From Eledone cirrhosa (Eukaryota): a stretch of DNA of 64,000 bases. This document shows, one piece after another, positions 62,021-64,000 of this stretch (the stretch's first letter is position 1; each line of letters opens with the position of its first letter). The position numbers were made by a program, and so were the translations under genes. The stretch spans positions 350,424,001 to 350,488,000 of the forward strand of contig OZ024741.1 in assembly GCA_964016885.1 (NCBI GenBank). Reading direction: 5' to 3'. Below the pieces are notes generated by a model. It ran no database searches and was not told the DNA's origin. It worked only from the letters and a program-made list of their open reading frames with translations.

Positions 62021-64000
62021 ATCATCATCATCATCATCATCACCGTTTTACGTCCGTTCTTCCACGCTAGCATGGGTTAGACGGGTTGTCCTGTTGTGGG
62101 CAGTGTCTGGTCGGCTGACCATGCCTTGCTCATACAGGAACTGATCTGGCTTGATTTCTACAGCTGGATGCCCTTCCTAACACCAACCTCATTTACAGTG
62201 AGTGCTGGGTGCTTTTTCGTGGCGCCTACACGTCCACTTTACAGTGTGGGCTGGGTGCTTTTTTGCCGTGGCACCTCCACGACCACCTTGCGGTGGGGGG
62301 GGGCATATTGTTTATATGCTTCAGCATGTACCCATGGGAGGTCGGGTACCCTGTATTACTGCGTGACGCCAGAAGTCACGGTCGTGTGTCATTGACTTTG
62401 AGAGGTGTAGTTGGGTAAGGTCGGCTTTTATCACCTCATCCCAAGTCATCTTGGGTCTCCCCACTCCGCGGTTTCCATCAACTTCTAGTGCTCTGCACCT
62501 TTTTATGCAGCTGTCATCCTTCATACGCATCACATGTCCATACCAGCGTAACCGCCTCTCCTGCACGCAGCATTTGATTCCTCTTATGCTCAGTCTCTCT
62601 CTCAATTCATTTATGCTTTGTCGTTCACGTATATTACTGTTACACATCCATCGGAGCATGCAGGCTTCGTTTCTCTCTAATCTACGTAAGTCTTCCACCT
62701 TCAGCGCCCAGGTCTCACTACCATGCAACATCGCTGTTCGGATACACGCATCATACAGTCTGCCTTTCATTCTGAGGGAGAAGCCTTTTGCAGCTAGCAG
62801 TGGTAGTAGTTCCCTAAACTTCTTCCATCCCGTTCTTACCCTAGTTATTGTACTTTCTGAGCACCCACCTCCGTTGCTAATTCGGTCACCTAGGTAGCAG
62901 AAGCTGTCTACTGTTTCTACAGGGCCCTCCCAGAGATTGGTGGTACTTGTTTCCTGTGGCTGTTTGCTTGCTGTTTCAGCACAGCTGCTGCATGTGAATC
63001 CTACATTCTTAATTAAGCTTCCTGAGATCCCGCTACATCTCTTGTGTACCCATTGTTTGCATTTGGGGCAAAGAATGGAGTTCCTACCTACACCTTTCCT
63101 ACATACTGAGCAAGGCCATTTCCCTGAGGGGATCTGGGTTCTGTTTTCTCGTCTACTTATAAGGACCTTAGTCTTTGTCATGTTGACTTTGAGGCCCTTT
63201 CTCTCTAGTCCCTGCTTCCAGGTTTGGAATTTATTCTCTAGTTCTACCATAGATTCAGCTATGAGTGCGAGGTCATCAGCATACAGGAGTTCCCATGGGC
63301 ATCCGGTCCTAAACTCCTCCGTTATTGCCTGCAGGACTATGATGAACAGGAGAGGGCTAAGAACAGAGCCCTGGTGGACCCCAACCTGTACGCTAAATTC
63401 CTCGCTATACTCATTGCCAATCCTAACTTTGCTGACTGCTCCCCTATACATGGCTTGTACCGCTTTCACAAGCCATTCATCTACTCCTAGTTTTCTAAGA
63501 GCCCACCAGATTACTGCACGTGGAACTCTGTCAAAGGCTTTCTCAAGGTCGACAAATGCCAAGTAGAGTGGCTTACTTTTAGCTAGGTACTTTTCCTGTA
63601 ATTGCCTCACAAGGAAGAGCGCATCAGTGGTGCCTTTCCCTGGTACAAACCCAAATTGCATCTCGTCTATATTCACCCGGTCCCTAATCAGCTGTGCTAT
63701 AACTCTTTCTGTTACTTTCATGACCTGGTCCATCAACTTTATACCTCTATAGTTTCCTCTATCTAGTGCATCGCCTTTACCTTTGTAGCAGTTGACAATG
63801 ATGCTACTGCACCAATCTTTTGGTATGGCCCCCTCTAGTATTACCTGGTTAACGATACGTGTGGTTATAGTGTGACCTACAGACCCAGATGCCTTCAGCA
63901 TCTCGGCAGCTATACCCGATGGACCGGTTGCCTTCCCTATCTTCATATCTCTGATTGCCTTACTTACTACGCTGCCGCTGACTTGTACTGCTGGTCCCTC
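62021..64000 (-). mobile_element. Young RTE-clade LINE running off the window edge
   Basis: Uninterrupted ORF, ~300-bp 3' UTR and (TGA)n tail. Confidence 0.95.
62321..64000 (-). CDS. RTE LINE polyprotein, partial: reverse transcriptase, PHD-like finger and RTE C-terminus
   Basis: [59 protein letters not shown] and RLRWYGHVMRM. The frame stays open to 64000 (EGPAVQVSGSVVSKAIRDM). Confidence 0.95.
   Translation of the reverse strand, partial: EGPAVQVSGSVVSKAIRDMKIGKATGPSGIAAEMLKASGSVGHTITTRIVNQVILEGAIPKDWCSSIIVNCYKGKGDALDRGNYRGIKLMDQVMKVTERVIAQLIRDRVNIDEMQFGFVPGKGTTDALFLVRQLQEKYLAKSKPLYLAFVDLEKAFDRVPRAVIWWALRKLGVDEWLVKAVQAMYRGAVSKVRIGNEYSEEFSVQVGVHQGSVLSPLLFIIVLQAITEEFRTGCPWELLYADDLALIAESMVELENKFQTWKQGLERKGLKVNMTKTKVLISRRENRTQIPSGKWPCSVCRKGVGRNSILCPKCKQWVHKRCSGISGSLIKNVGFTCSSCAETASKQPQETSTTNLWEGPVETVDSFCYLGDRISNGGGCSESTITRVRTGWKKFRELLPLLAAKGFSLRMKGRLYDACIRTAMLHGSETWALKVEDLRRLERNEACMLRWMCNSNIRERQSINELRERLSIRGIKCCVQERRLRWYGHVMRMKDDSCIKRCRALEVDGNRGVGRPKMTWDEVIKADLTQLHLSKSMTHDRDFWRHAVIQGTRPPMGTC

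Overview
AT-rich, repeat-dense eukaryotic DNA. Its tRNA/CORE-type SINEs, RTE LINEs and huge (TA)n/(TACA)n tracts suggest a cephalopod, probably octopus (inference). There is no complete host gene. The only host-like coding signal is a candidate 17-codon first exon on the minus strand (25950-25900) in a TE-poor zone, so 1-25.9 kb may be intron. The left half holds decayed SINEs, MITEs, a hAT transposase pseudogene, RTE/CR1 fragments and a Penelope-like remnant with decayed hammerhead motifs. From about 31.5 to 62 kb lies a ~30-kb complex microsatellite of single strand polarity that has collected several retroelement families. These include six co-oriented copies of a ~610-bp non-autonomous RTE derivative, RTE and CR1 3' fragments, a SINE, and a 215-bp island with an intact-looking type I hammerhead ribozyme. 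A triplicated ~3.6-3.9-kb block spans an N gap. The window ends inside an RTE LINE ORF (RT plus PHD-like finger) that is open to the window edge. The long YI/YM/HT ORFs in the track are microsatellite artefacts.
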